NCBI RefSeq assembly: GCF_018977255.1
Contig: NW_024704742.1
Location: 99,016,001-99,080,000 of the forward strand
Source: Callorhinchus milii
Lineage: Eukaryota
Direction: 5' to 3'
DNA: 64,000 bases
The notes below the pieces were generated by a model that was not told the DNA's origin, made no database searches, and saw nothing but the letters and a program-made list of their open reading frames with translations. Made by a program: the position numbers and the translations under genes. Positions 13,171 through 27,264 of this stretch are shown here, in pieces. Numbering within the stretch: the first letter of the stretch is position 1; each line of letters opens with the position of its first letter.

Positions 13171-14466
13171 AATTATATTAATTATTAATTATATTAATCC
13201 TCTTGGAAGAATCCATAACCTTTGGCGATTTTTTTCCCATATAATGTAGTAAATCATGCTGTGTTGCACAGTGAAAAAATAGTGTTGCTTGTGGACCATT
13301 AATTAGAAGTCTGCCAAACCGGCCAACTGGTGTTTTCAGTGCTAACTACTGAGAACATTCAGCATAAATCGAAATCTATTAGTGGATTTAAATGATAGAC
13401 GGGAAATCAAAAGGTCTTATTTTTGTAGTTGATGTTTTTGGAGAGAAAATAACATGGGATTTCCTCAGGCTCGTTACGATTAGGACCAGAATAACTTATT
13501 TCAGGTCTTGAAATGAAGCAAAGTCTGAGTCTGATCCGATTAAAATACATATAAGCTGGTGCCAGGCAGAGAGTGGTTCAGCGTTTTAGTGTCATCTTAT
13601 GCCAGATGACGAATTGGAATTCTGCCGAATAGCCCTACGGTATTCCGAGGGAATGGGTATTGCAGTGATGGAATTTAGTCTCACTTGCTCGGTCATAAGA
13701 TGCATGCCAACATTAAATTAATGTGATTGTCTAGTTGCGTAGAAGGCTGAGTTTGAAAACTAAAAATCTTCATGCATGAAATTGTGGTCATGAAAGCAGA
13801 ACTAATTTATACATGTTCTCCCTTTTCTTCTTTTGAGGGCGGGACTCAGATTTGTAAAAAAATTAATCTTGCTTCTTGATGTTCCTGCAAAGTATTCTTA
13901 CCATACTGCACTGTTCGGATGATTTCTGATATAAACTAGAGTGGAGTGGACCGACTCTCTCTCCTCTATTTATTTTCAAAAAATATTTAATTCAGATCAA
14001 GGAAAATCTCTATTTGGGATTTCGGAATTTAGGGTTCTGGCCCCTTTTTTTTAAACCACTGCCACATCATTCTCTGAGGCCAATTAGACTATTTTGTCTT
14101 AAAATTTTAAAATCATGCAATTCTGGAAAATTCTTAATTCAGAAGCCAGTGCTACAACTATGGAAAATCAGCTTCTAAATGATGACTGAATTTAAGAATT
14201 TGCCTCACTTCTGTGTAATCTTAATTTTTTTGACAAAATAGTTTTGCAGTCTAAGACTAAGTGGAAAAATGTGCCTCTGGTCTCCTGGCAGTAAAGCTTT
14301 GTGACCAAAAATAGTATGGCTCTTTTCCCGAGATTGAAACTACGTGTAGCTAAGGCATGTAGACTGCAGCTTCCCACCTATAACCTGATCCCATTTTGCA
14401 ATCATTGCATAGTATATACACATATACATTAGATATATGCGGTGAAGCGAGCATAACTATCTTCCA

Positions 14467-14778
14467 TAATAATAATCTTCACAATTGATATAGCGGTTTA
14501 TCAAGTCTTTGAGACATTTCAAAGCGCTTCACGGAATATACTGTAAAGTGAGCTTACTGCATATTTTCTGGGCAAAAGGTGAGCCAATTGCACACAGCTG
14601 TGTCCCAGAGACGGACATGAATTGAGTGAACCAATCATTTTTTATTTTAATTTGTTTATTTGGAAGGGATTAGTACCCACAGAAAAGCGATCCTCCAATC
14701 TACTAACCACTGGGTTCCTGCTTACCGCTAGGTAAACAGAGGCGTGTGGAGTATGGAAACTTCTCTAAGACTTTGCTT
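14467..14778 (-). mobile_element. tRNA-SINE, long variant, 5'-truncated
   Basis: Shares the tail and the extra internal ctctgtttacctagc segment. Confidence 0.8.
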
Positions 14779-16101
14779 TTTTTTTGAAAAACTAAGAAAA
14801 CATTTAGGAAATATCGAAAACTGTTTAGCTCAGGATTTATTTTGAACCCATAAAATTCATTTTACTGCATTACTGCAATGGTATTATAATCTTGGCTCAC
14901 ATTTCCATTTCATAAATTATTTCTTAACTTTGATTAGATCTTCAACTGTATTTTTTCTTAATTTTAGAAAAAATGTTTATACCTCACTGAAACTTGGGCC
15001 GAAACTCTTCCAAGAGGAAGCATATTATTGGAATTTCCAATTTGTATACGTTATCAAAAAAAATGATATTTTACAATAACTTGCAGCGCTCTTCACGAAG
15101 GGTAGCATCTTGGAGCAACGAATAGTGGTGGAGCTTGACCCCACACGGGAATAAAGGGGAGGTAACCAAAGGAACGTTCGAAGAGGAAAGCCTTCATAGT
15201 TTATTCATTTTAATAGTGCCTTATGACAAACAGTTTTTTTTTCATGTGGATGGTTCTCTCACATTCTATAGCTACCCTTCAAATTGTGTAACGTCTCAGA
15301 GTGCTTAACAATGGCATAGTTTGGCGCCGTGCCAGGGAGAAGGAGGAGATGATCTTAGGCATGATCAAAAAGGAGAGTCTTGAAAGGGAACCCGAGCATT
15401 AAGGGGAAGTGGTGGGATTCAGGCAGGAAGTTCCAGAGATTCGAGGCATAATAGCTAAACGCCCAGCCGCCTTTCAAACTAGTATTTCACACATGCATAT
15501 GCATGGTTTCTTTGGCACCAAAGACTCTGCTTGCTTCTCTTCCCCCACCTCAGAGGATAGTTCAAAATATCTCAAAAAGTATCGCAAGTCAGCAACAACT
15601 TGCATTTATATAGTGCCCTTCACATAGGTAGTATCTCAGAGCTCTCAAGTGAAGTTTTGAGGGCAACTCAGCAGTCACTTTGTAACCCCAAGGTCCCACC
15701 AACAGCCATGAGGTGAATGACATATTTATCTAAAGAACTGTTTTCAAATATGTCATGATTAATGTTGACATGAAAACAGATGAACGAGACCTTCCAAAAA
15801 AATGGCTGCTGTACCAACACAACAAACGCAAATTCTGCACCGGATCATCAGCATAGATTGCAAACTCAAATCCTGATGTAGGATGTGATCTGATTGTATG
15901 ATACGTGGGGAATTTTTGCAAACCACATATCATACTACAATTACATAGCAAACAGATTGTTGCATTGTGTCTGTTTTGCTTAGGAATTTTTTTATATATT
16001 ATCGTGCCTTTTTAAAATTAGTTTTATGGCCAGATGAAATTTATTGATTCATAAAAACAATGCCTACAACACTGGTTTTATGATAGATCTAGATCTAAAG
16101 G

Positions 16102-16144
16102 TTTTCAATGCAATGTCCCATTTTATGGGACATTGCATTGAAAA
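16102..16144. repeat. Perfect inverted repeat, 20-bp arms, 3-nt loop
   Basis: ttttcaatgcaatgtcccat-ttt-atgggacattgcattgaaaa. Confidence 0.95.
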
Positions 16145-16628
16145 GAAAGTAGGACTGCTCAAAGCAATATAAGCCTAAAATAAGATTAAACAGATTAACA
16201 TTGGATTAACAGAATCCAAATATTTTATGATCTCAAATGCGTTGTCTTATCTACAAGTCCAGACAAGATAATCTGAAATAACTATAAAGTTGTCAGCTTT
16301 AAACAGCTATTCTGTTGTGAGGATGGATGTACTCGTTGATATAAAACGTAAAACTGAATTGTGTGGAAAATTGTTGCATGATACAGTATATTTTTCTTGC
16401 TCAGAAATGAGTACCTTTAATGTTGGGAAATTGTTTGTGGAGTATATTTGTTCCTACAACTTTTTTTTGCGCAAGTGTGTCAATAATTCATTATCTCTGT
16501 GGTCTTATGATCATTTGTGGCTTAGATATGAGATCTATTGCTGTGATTGATAACTGTTGTTACAGAATAGCATTCAGTGTCTGGTTAAAGGAAACCTACG
16601 CAGTATCATTTCACTGCAATCCCATCGC

Positions 16629-16965
16629 AACAACAACAAGAATAAAATTACATTTGTAAAGCGCTTTCCACGTCAGGAGGATGTCCCAAGTGGCTAGACA
16701 GATAAAGTTTCGGACCCGAGCTGGGGGTCGGGGAGGGTGGAGGGCAGGGGGGGAAGCAAGCAGATCGAAAGCATGGTCAAAGAGGAGGGTCTTGAGATGG
16801 GTATTGAAGGAGGCAAGAGAAGGGGCAAGGAAGAGGGACTGCAGGATGGAGTTTCAGAAGGTTGGGGCAGAGTGACGGAGATAGTGGGGCGAGCGAGGTG
16901 GGGGATGTGAAGCAGGCCGGAGCCCGCTGACCAGGCCAGTAGGGGGTTAGGAGGCCTCTAAGGTA
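16629..16965 (-). mobile_element. L2 LINE 3' fragment
   Basis: Reverse complement of the 45465-45995 L2 copy, with an internal deletion. Confidence 0.85.
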
Positions 16966-17857
16966 GAGGGGAGCATGCTTCACAAAATTACAACATGCTT
17001 CATAAAATTACGAATTTGCTTACAATCCCATTGATTCCACACATGTGCAATAAGAATACTTCCTAATCAATCAATTTATGAAATTATTTCCACTGTTTAA
17101 TTTATTCTACTTAGTCAATGACTAAAGGTCCTCAAATCAAGATAATTAGAAAAATGGCAGATTAGGAGGAATTTCTTTACACAGGGAGCTGTTGGGATGA
17201 GGAATTCCTTTTGAATGCAGTGATCGAGGGAGAATCCATATTAGCTTCCAAGAATAATAATGGGTCATGTTTTTGGATTTCAAATAGATTTTCCTAATTC
17301 TGTAATCTTTGATATGCAAATAAGGTTTCCATACAGACGTTTGTCATCTCAAATATAAAAAACATTGTGCCTCTTTGAAGACTGGGAAAAGTTGTTACAA
17401 GTGGCAAGATAGAGGGATTGAGGCAAAGAGTTATAATAGTCCTTCATACTTCCATTTGATGTAGCATGATATAGTTGAGATGTCTCAAAGCACTTCACAG
17501 GATATACTGTAAAGTGGATTGAATGTATTGTGGGCGAGATTTAGATTGTTGCCATTGCAGGTTGTTTTGAGAGAGAGAAATGTATTTCATTTTTATAGTA
17601 TCTATAAGGTTGAAACTTTAAAATGCTTCATAATAATTCATGTCACTTGTAACAACTGTTTTTGTAGGTAACTAATCAGTTTTGAGAGGGTGATGGCTGG
17701 CCAATGTAATTGCAGAATTGCATTTTGGTGCATGATATTTAAGATGGAAAATTAACTTGTGATGTTATGACTCACTTTTAGTTTGTATTTGAATAGTAAC
17801 CAGCTATCTTGTCAAGCTCTTATTAAATTGTTCTAAATCCTGTTGCCACACCCCCAA

Positions 17858-17912
17858 CAGCTAAAACCAAATTTGAGTAATATAACTGTTTGCCCAAATT
17901 TGGTTTTAGCTG
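17858..17912. repeat. Inverted repeat, 18-bp perfect arms, 19-nt spacer
   Basis: cagctaaaaccaaatttg ... caaatttggttttagctg. Confidence 0.95.
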
Positions 17913-19534
17913 GTTCAAATCGTTTTACGTGGGTTGAAGCTCTATTAATACAAGCATTTTTAATTCTCATGTTCCATTTCATGATTTACATGGGTAGAGA
18001 TCTCTTTGGTGCTTCCATTGAGATGGCATGAATTTGTTTTTCACTCACATAAAAAATGGTGTAATGAGCACTTCCTGTCTCACAGGCACATCATATGCTA
18101 GTACAACTTTTCTGTGGTGTGGGAAGAATGCATTTAAAATTAGATTTGATTGTAATTCAGCACCAGGCTCATTGTTTAATGTCAGAAGGTGGGTACTCAA
18201 CATTCGGCAGTTAGGTGTCATGTTATCATGATGCTTGTGGTGCTTTATAAACTCAGGAAGTATCCAGTGACAACACTGATCCAATTTGTACAGGACAATC
18301 ATTGAGAAAATAAATATTAATTGTGCTTTTTCCTCTCGATGTAGACCCAATCTTTCTTTAAGGCTTGTCTCATGGTTTCATGAGACTTTCACTGGAGATT
18401 TCTTTTGTTTCCAAAGCAATAGGACTTTAGATCGCGACTGAACACCTTCCTCTTCGACCGTAATTACGGTCACCTCCTCCCTCTCCCCGGCTCAGCGTCA
18501 GTTTCTGCCTCGGTTAATCACTCCAAGGCACTGCCCTGCGTGAGGGATGCTATATAAGTATTGTTGTTGACTTGCAATTTTCTAACCAAAATCACTTTTA
18601 GATATTAACTTTTAAATATCTTTAAAACGTTGATTTATTTGCTTAGTTAGAATATTGAGGACTTTAAAATATTGCCGCACAGGAACCTATCTTCTGACAA
18701 GTTTCCTTTCTGTAATGCTGGTTAAAATGGCTTATAACATCATGTTATAAGCTGGTGATGCTGATCCCAAACACTGATTGTTTAGCGCCTTGGGACGACC
18801 TCCCGACGTGAAAGGCGCTACACAGATGTAATTTTGTTGTTGTTGATGAGGTCACATTTAAACAGGTCACCACAGCCTCAACCATCTAACTGTATCAGGG
18901 AAATTTTTAAACAAATCCCAGTGTCGTCAGTGAACCCTGTTATTTAAGAATCTCCAATGAAAGAGAATAAACAGAAGTTANTTTTTCTTCAGCTGGAAAC
19001 TTTAAAACCTCAGTTTTAAATTATCAGAATTCATTACATTAATTCTGAAAGCAATACTGTCAAATGCAAGGATGAAAGATTCCGGTATATTTTAGAAATC
19101 TTTTTTCTGAGAACCTAATCAGACCAAAGGAGCCTAGCGTTCAACAAAATTGGAAAGAGGAGTAAACGTGAAATGAGACCAGTTGAACAACAATAGTTGG
19201 GTGAGTCTAAGCTTGGGTTTTTAACAGTTTATAGACTTATGATGGAGGAAAATCTTAAGATGGTAAGATAATGAATAGTTACGTGCTGTTGGTTAGACGG
19301 AAAGGGATATAAGAAATATTATAATTGTCATATCAAAAGACATGGAGGATATCAAGATTTAGTGATTCAATCATTGCACTGAGGAGTGATGGTTACAATG
19401 GACATGCGATCCCAACAAAGATAATAGAGTAGAATGGGATCAGCAGCAGAACGTGGAGGCATGAACAGTGAGCATCTGGATGTGAAGAAGAAAAATATAG
19501 GATTTGTGTGACAATTAATTTGTATGATCCATTT

Positions 19535-19900
19535 CAGTGTATTTGGTAGGACTCGTGCAGCTGAGTCAGAAGGTTGTGGGTTAAGCCCCACATTGGGACT
19601 TCAAGCTCTTAGTCTGGGCTGACACTATTGCAGTGCTCCTCCAACACTATTATTGTCACAGATACTGTCCTTTGGATGAGATGTCAAACCGAGGTCCTAT
19701 CTGCCTAGTCAGGTGGATGTTAAGCATCTCACAGTACTATTCAAGACTAGAACGCAGTTTCTCCCGGTGTCCTGGCCCCCAGATAAAAATATGGTAATTT
19801 ATTTCATGGCTGTTTGTGGAACATTAATGTGCACAAATTGGATGTTCACCTATAAAATAGTCATTAAACTTTAGAGTTAACACTTTGAGATTTTTTGACA
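19535..19900 (+). mobile_element. DeuSINE (SacSINE1-like)
   Basis: ctgagtcagaaggttgtggg...ggatgagatgtcaaaccgaggtcctatctgcc...caggtggatgtt. Confidence 0.75.
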
Positions 19901-19908
19901 TAAGTCCA

Positions 19909-20178
19909 GAGTCCTTTAGCTCAGTGGTTAGAGCGCTCACCTCACAAGCAAGAGACCTCGGTTCAATTCCCGGCAGGGCGAAATGTTGAGCAAGTTTCCT
20001 TATTCCACACCCCTTTGTTTACCTAGCAGTAAGTAGGAACCCAGTTGTTAGTCGATTGGCAGATCGCTTTTCTGGAGGTAATAATTCCTCAGAAACAAAA
20101 ATCGGTCTGTTTGTTGGACACTGCTGTGCACAATTGGCTGCCACGTTTAGCCCACAAAATATAGTCCATTCACTTATA
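19909..20178 (+). mobile_element. tRNA-SINE, long variant
   Basis: Head gagtcctttagctcagtggttagagcg...ggttcaattcccggcagggcga plus internal segment. Confidence 0.85.
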
Positions 20179-20186
20179 ATAATTTA

Positions 20187-20311
20187 AATAATCCTTGCAT
20201 TTAATATAGCACCTTATTACATCTTCAAGACGTCTCAAAGCGGTTCACAAAATATACTGTAAATTAAGTGACTGTATATTTTGTGGTGAATCGCGGCAGC
20301 CAATTGCGTAT
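20187..20311 (-). mobile_element. SINE 3' fragment, inverted relative to the adjacent copy
   Basis: aataatccttgcatttaatatagc...gcggcagccaattgcg tail sequence. Confidence 0.8.
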
Positions 20312-21554
20312 AGGAAGAGAAGCTAGCAGGGTCTCCTTAGGGGATCAGCTGGCTTCGAGGTGACGTTCTTGGTAACTGAATGTCAGAATGAAGTCAATCC
20401 TCTGTCATGGTCTCGGTAGTCCGATTGCTGAGTGAGGCAGTTCTGCAGTTTTCCAAAACACTGCTAGCTTCTCAGCAGGATTTGAGAAGCAAATTGGGAC
20501 AATGGGAGCAGGGATTTTGACTACTCTGCTCCTGTTAACACTGCAAGTCAAGCTGACACCTGACATCTATTACCTGTAGTGTTGATATTCAGGTCTGAGA
20601 GGGTGCCTAAGGTCTTCCATCATAATTCTATTCTTTAATGCAATTTCAATCAACTACTACAAATTTCGTTTTTGAATATTGGTATCTCAGCTATTCAATT
20701 GTTATAATACAATTGTTATGATTCTGATGAATCATTTGAATTTTTTCATAAGAACTTTGAATTTCCAGGGAAAGATTGTGGAAGATGATTAAGACAAGCT
20801 CTTCAGTCATGGCAGTACTACAGTGTCTGACCAGCTGAACAGTTAATGGAATTAACGTAGCACTTGCTTGCGTGCCCTGCTTCTCGTAAGGATATAGCTT
20901 TGAGTATCTACAAGTGGAAATAAATGCATTTAATTGGTTCTATTGGTAAATTAAGTTGGCTAAAAAGTGTGGCGCATTCTTTGACCATGTTTCACTTCAG
21001 TAATAAAAGCCTCAGGGAGTACTGGGTTGATGTTGTGTATTGGAGCATGCAGCAGCTCCTTTCACAATCATAGGAGCTAGTGTTTCAGAGCAGGCTGAGA
21101 GCAGATCCACAGCTTGCTGACCAATTCTTCTGGATATTCATGCAGTGGAGGGATTTCCATGATCCAGTGGCACACTGAAATGAATAGAACAGTTTTAATA
21201 ACTATTGTCACCAGTGGAGCCCTAGAGAGAATCTTAAGTTGTGAAAGGTTTGTTTCTGGAGGTTATAATATAAAATGTTATCGTTAATTTTACCAAGTAA
21301 GGTGCAACTTTATAATTTTTTAAAAACAAGGGACNTTTTTTTCCCTCCTCACCCATACTCTTCCCCCTCTAGACTTTCCACTGAACTGAATATCCTGTCA
21401 GTTGTTTGCCACTGCTTTATTTTGTAAATCAAAAGGATTTACTAAGATAAAGCCTATAAATGGTGCACTGACTGTTAACTCCTAGTTATTCTTTTTTTAA
21501 TTATTGACTACAAAGACATGACGAGTTTGTTTCTTTGGCAAGGCTAAATTGTAG

Positions 21555-21831
21555 ACAAGTTTCCTTACTCCAAATGCCTCTATTTATCAAGCAGTAAGTA
21601 TGAACCCAGTTGTTAGTCGATTGACAGCTTGCTTTCTGGAGGTAATAATCCTTCAAAAAAAATTTGGTTATTCAATCCACGACTGTTGGTGGGACACTTC
21701 TATGTGCAATTGGTTGTCGCGCTTCGCCCACAAATAGACAGTCAGTTCACTTTACAGTATATTCTGTGAAGCGTTTTGAGACGTCTCAATGACGGGATTA
21801 GGCGATATACCAAATGCAAGAATTATTATTA
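21555..21831 (+). mobile_element. tRNA-SINE, long variant, headless
   Basis: caagtttccttactcc...caaatgcaagaattattatt. Confidence 0.8.
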
Positions 21832-22364
21832 TGCCAAAAGTTTCCCTGAAATAAACCACAAGGCACTGAAAAACCAGAAAGAACATTCACAAGAATGTCT
21901 CTAGCATGCAGTGACACAGCTACAATTACATTTTGTGTACATGGTTGCAGGTTCAGACAGAAATGGAGAAAGGCAGATATTTACAGTATTTGCATAACAG
22001 GGCTTCATTTTTTAAGTTGTTCTTTGTGTGATTGTAATGAACATGGACTACTGTTGAGCTATGTAAGTTCAGCTTTGTGCTGAAGGAGCAGTTTCAGTTC
22101 AAGATTTGATCTGCAAAGTGGCTTTAAAATCCAAATATAAAGGTCTGCACTGTGATACATTAATAGATGATCTGGTCAATAAATGCATCATTTATTTACA
22201 AGCAACTAGGCTGGTCTTGTTATCACATCTGGAATAGGTGTCGAAATATATTTTATAGTCATCTTTTTTTGCTAGAATCCTTATTCTATAATTAGAAGGC
22301 ATGTGTGACTGGACCATCAGGTTTTAGTCATTTAAATCTGTTGATTGAAAGGTATCATGCCATG

Positions 22365-22690
22365 CTGGGGCTTTGAGTTCAAAGCCTAGGCTGTTACTTC
22401 AATGCAGTTCTCTGGGGAGGCTGCATTATCAGAGATGCCATCCTTCAAACTGAAATCCTGTCTGTGTATTCAAGTGGATGTCAAAGATCCCATAGCATTA
22501 TTCGAAAAGAGAACGGCGTTTCTCCCAGTGTCCATACCAACCAGCCACCGATTTTTAAAAATATTGGTCGTTCACTTCATGGCTGGATATAGGACACTTG
22601 CTGTGTTCGTATTAGCTTTTCAGTCATTTCACTTTGCAGAAGCTTTGGAAAATACTTTGAAACAGTTTCAATGTTCATATTAATGCAAGA
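22365..22690 (+). mobile_element. DeuSINE fragment
   Basis: gtggatgtcaaagatcccatagca motif shared with other copies. Confidence 0.6.
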
Positions 22691-23694
22691 ATTTTTATTA
22701 TTACATCCGTGGTGACAGTGGAGCCCACTAATGCAGCTATATTTCTACCACTAATTCCCTGCAAACAAATGCTATAGATTTTAATGGGCACAGTGGCTGG
22801 GGTGGGTGGGGGGAGAAAGCACAAGGCAAAGGAGCAGCTGCAGTTACTTTGCCAAGATTGGACCCGTGCCAGATTAGGGAGTGGCAGCTGTGTGTTACCC
22901 ACTCTACTCTCCTGCAGTTTGACCTCATTTCCCTGACAGTAAATGCTAAGGGCAGATACAGCCCATTCATTGTGGTGTCTGTGCAGAGTCTGGTATCCCA
23001 GTCTAGTATTGTAACAATATAGAGAACAGCTGATTGTCTTGTTTAGGAGACCACTGGACATGTTAGATTAAAAATGCTCTCTGGAGGAAAGTGAAAAAGG
23101 CACAGAGGTATATAGATGGATAACACTGTGGAATGAGTGCTGTACAGAAAATGTGTCTGCTGAATCCTGCACTTACATCCTGCAGTCTTGTGGCAGTATT
23201 GTAAGCAGCTCCTTCATGTTACTCACTTGTCAGTCAATTTGGATTGTAAGATAGTGCCATGGACATTGGTTTGAGTGGAAAGATCATTGGGGAATGTGTG
23301 AGCATAGCATGTGCAATAAACCAGCTGGGATAGCCTCTTCACAAACTCTTTGTACCAAAAATAAATACACCCCAGCTTTGACGCAAGAAGACATCAAGGA
23401 TCTGAATGTTATCAGTTGTCATAATCTGAACCTTAAGACAATTGTCTTAAATTCAAATTCTGCAAAATTTTGGATTATTCTTAAATTTAGTGTTAATTCA
23501 GAACCTAGATTTCCACAATCCATTTCAGGGACTATGAAAAACCAACTTTCAAATTGTGACTTGCATTTAAGAATTTTCCAAAGAATTCTCCATAATCTAA
23601 AATTTTAAATGTAAATTTTAAGGCAATGATTTTAAGGCTGTGAGAAGTTTCAGGCTTCTGAAATTTTTAATGCACCTAGAATTCAAGTGAATGG

Positions 23695-24022
23695 AATAAT
23701 AATAATAATAATAATCCTTGCATTTGATATAGCGCTTTTCACGTCGGGAGGACGTCCCAAAGCGCTTCACAGAAGACACTGTAAAGTGAATTGACTGTAT
23801 ATTTGTGGGCGAACGCGGCAGCCAATTGCGCACAGCAATGTCCCACAAACAGTCGTAGATTGAAAATGATCAATTTTAATTATTGTTTTTGGTTTTTGGA
23901 GGGATTATTATTAGGCGTGTGGAGTAAGGAAACTTGCCCAAGGTTTCGCCCTGCCTGGAATTGAACTCAGGTCTCTCACTTGCAAAGCGAGTGCTCTAAC
24001 CACTGAGCTACAGGACTCCACA
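23695..24022 (-). mobile_element. tRNA-Ala-derived SINE, young full-length copy
   Basis: Nearly identical to the 12848 copy; tgaatg present on both flanks. Confidence 0.93.
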
Positions 24023-26914
24023 CTGAATGAGATGGGAGATTCAGACAAACCTATTTCATCAACAAAACTGAATTGGGCTTAATGCACGACATTATTGTGA
24101 GAATTAAAGAAAGGGTTAATTTAACTAATTTCATATTGAAATCGTAGTGGGTCTTGCATTCTTCCATTTTTCTTAAACTACTGTGTTATTGAAATTGAAT
24201 AGTATTCAGTAAACAGTATAAAACCTCTAACTCAAGCACAAGAGCTAAAGTTGTTGAATTGGTAGCCTCTTTTAACTACAGGTTGACAAATTGCACTGCT
24301 GGTGTGCTGTTTCCATAACAGCTAGAGGTTAGATGACCAGGTTTGGACAAGTGGCTTTACATGTTCGGGGTGAGCTCCTTGCAGAGAATTCACACGCAGA
24401 ATGATTTGCTTATACATTGAGGTAGCAAAGTGATAAGTGATGTAATAAGTTACCAGTTCTGACATCTGAACTCGTTTGTGTCTGATGTAATTAAACTACA
24501 TATTTTGCAGATTTGACATTTGGATTTGTTCCCATAAACTGTAATTACTGTTCATTTTGTTAAGTAGTTGTCATCACTTGATATGCCATTATTGGGCTCA
24601 TTGTTGTATCTCAGTGGGAATAAGAAGTGGTGGTGTCTGAAGTATTGACTTGAATACAGTAAATAGCAAAGTTCCTTTTCACTTTAATCAATTTATGGGA
24701 CAGACTCGCAGGAAAAGCTCCCATGTTAATGCAGAGTTGATTCTACCTCAAAAGGATCTGAATTTAACATAATGCCCTGATAATTACAAACTAACCCTAT
24801 TCCTGATGAAGATATTCCCTGACTGATCCCCTATTTGGTTGATCATCTCTGTTTTTCCACCTCCCCATCCTTCCTTTTGCACACGTAGACATCCTCTCTC
24901 TCTCTCTAGGGCTCTCCACAAGTAAACCAAATCATGCTGACCAGTACTAATTTACATGCATTTGGGAACCACTAATACAATTAAAAACCATGGCCACAGT
25001 CATCCCCCACCCCAACCCTGCCCCGGAGGCAATTTTTAAAAAACATTATTAATCCTTGTATTTGGCCTTCACTGTATCTTCCTGCCAATGTAATGACAGT
25101 ACAATTGGCCTCAGCATCTGTGCTCAGTAAGTGAAATCAACAAAATACTCAAACTTGGTTCCATTATGATGCTGATGTTTGCTGTCAAAGCACACCCATG
25201 ATAAATGGCCACCCGATAAGTCGAGGGTTGTCTCATCTCTTTAAGCAGTATGGGAGAGTACCTTCAGGAGAGAAAAGGAGAAAAAAATCATATTGCCTCG
25301 TCACCAGTATTGCCACACTTAGGTATTGTAGGATTAGAACAATGGTTACATAGTGTTTAAAAATCTAAGTGCAAAGTTGTGTTTTGTAAATGCAAATGTA
25401 TTGTCCAATAACTAGATTTGTCTCAAGAAAATCTGCAATGGGACAACTGCCAAAATAAAACAGCTTGCCTGTATCTTGTAAGGATCTGTGGGCATACTGC
25501 CAGCATGCTTTAACTTACATCTATTCATATTTATAAATCATCTTTCATGTAATAGAATATTTCAAAGCACTTCACAAATGTCGAGCACACCAAGCAGCGA
25601 ATTGACATTTAAGCCTAGTGACCAAAACAGTCAATCAGTCAAAAGGCTCAGCCACCAATAGGGTAGTGAACGGGGTGAGGCACAAGCAATAGGTTTGAAG
25701 AGGGTAGGTAGTCGAGTGGAGGTCTGGAGAATACATAACTACATAAGACTGCAGAGAGCTTTGAAGACCATGATCCTCTGAGGCACTAGGAGCTTTACCA
25801 CCCAATGTGAAAGGCCTATATAAATGCAATTTTTTTGTTGTTGTTAACTTGGAAATAGCTATGGTACTTTGTGCTGGAGAGAACTTGGTTTGTAGAGTTT
25901 TGTATCAGTTGCAACCTCTGAAGATTGGGCATGTTGGGAGGGAGAAGATTTCTCTTTCCACGACCCTTTTTCTTGTCTTTCCCCTTTCTTTCTCTTCCCC
26001 TCTCAAACACCCTCATGCACATGGACGTTTTTTCTCTCCACTTGTGCCCCACTCTCTTTCTCTCCCCTGTGCCCCTCCTCCTCATTTCCCTGAGCCCTTA
26101 CCTTTCTCTAACCCATAGCCAGCCCCCTCTTTCCCATCTTTAAATTAAGTAGTTAATTTATGTCAATAAAAATGTAAAGAAATCATCATTTTGAGGAATA
26201 TTACAAATTGCATCTTCCTAAATGCTTGGGGCATACAATAAAGCCTGCTAGCAAAGTGACTTATTTGGCTGTTCTGATGTGCAAGTTTCAAGCCAAATTC
26301 TGATTCTTTCATGTCTAAGTTTAGAATAACCCCTACCCTGAGCCTGATCTTAAACAGGGAGAACTGAAATAATTACCATTAGGTTGAGGTACACGTTGTG
26401 GTCTTGGTTTCTCATGACCTTCAATAGAGCACAAATAAAATGAGAAAACGTCATACATGTTGGTACACAGGCATTTAGCATGCCTAAAGAGGGGTTGGAT
26501 GCTGAACTTCCTACTTGGCAAAATTGAGTATTCGTCTCAACTATCTTTGAACTTGTTGCCGTATTTTGTGCTTTCATCTGACTTGCTGTCCAGCGCCTTG
26601 GGACATCCTCCCGACGTGAAAGGCGCTCTATAAATGGAATCTTGTTGTTGTTGCTAAACTGAACACTCAATAATGGTATAGAGGTCTGCCTTGGGGTCAA
26701 AGAAAAATTATGCCACACCTACCCTAGCTACTGAGAAGACTAAATCAGGCCATTTCCATCTCTCCCTCTTGCAGATGGAAAGCGGATAGCTTCAGTGGAA
26801 GGGAGGAAAGGAGTAAAAGGGGGGGAAAGCAAATATGGAGAAATATGTTATGTTTTGCTTACTTGAAATCTTCTCAACTTTCCATGTGTCCAGTTAGAAG
26901 AAAGGTGGTTTACT

Positions 26915-27183
26915 CCATCAGGTCTGGCCTCCTCCTTGTCCCGCAAATCCTCCGCTCCACCCTCGGTGGCCATGCCTTCAGCCACAACGTCCCGAGGCTC
27001 TGGAACTCCCTTCCTCATTCCCTTTGCCTTGCCCCCTCTCTTCCTATTTTCAGGTCTCGGCTGAAGACCTTTTTTTCCAACGCCTTCCTCCCCCTCCCCC
27101 TGGCTCAGCCCCAGGTTGCGTTACTGTGAAGCACTCTGAGACGTCCGGAGTGGAGGGCACTAAATAAATCCAAGTCGTTATTG
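26915..27183 (+). mobile_element. L2 LINE 3' fragment
   Basis: RSTLGGHAFSHNVPRLWNSLPHSLCLAPSLPIFRSRLKTFF. Confidence 0.8.
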
Positions 27184-27247
27184 TGTAATGTGGCTTACAG
27201 ATAAGATAGGTTTAGAGTTAGGGCATTCATGAAATAATGGGGGAGGA

Positions 27248-27264
27248 CAGAGAGAGAGAGAGAG
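27248..27264. repeat. (AG)n microsatellite
   Basis: About 8 AG units. Confidence 0.85.
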
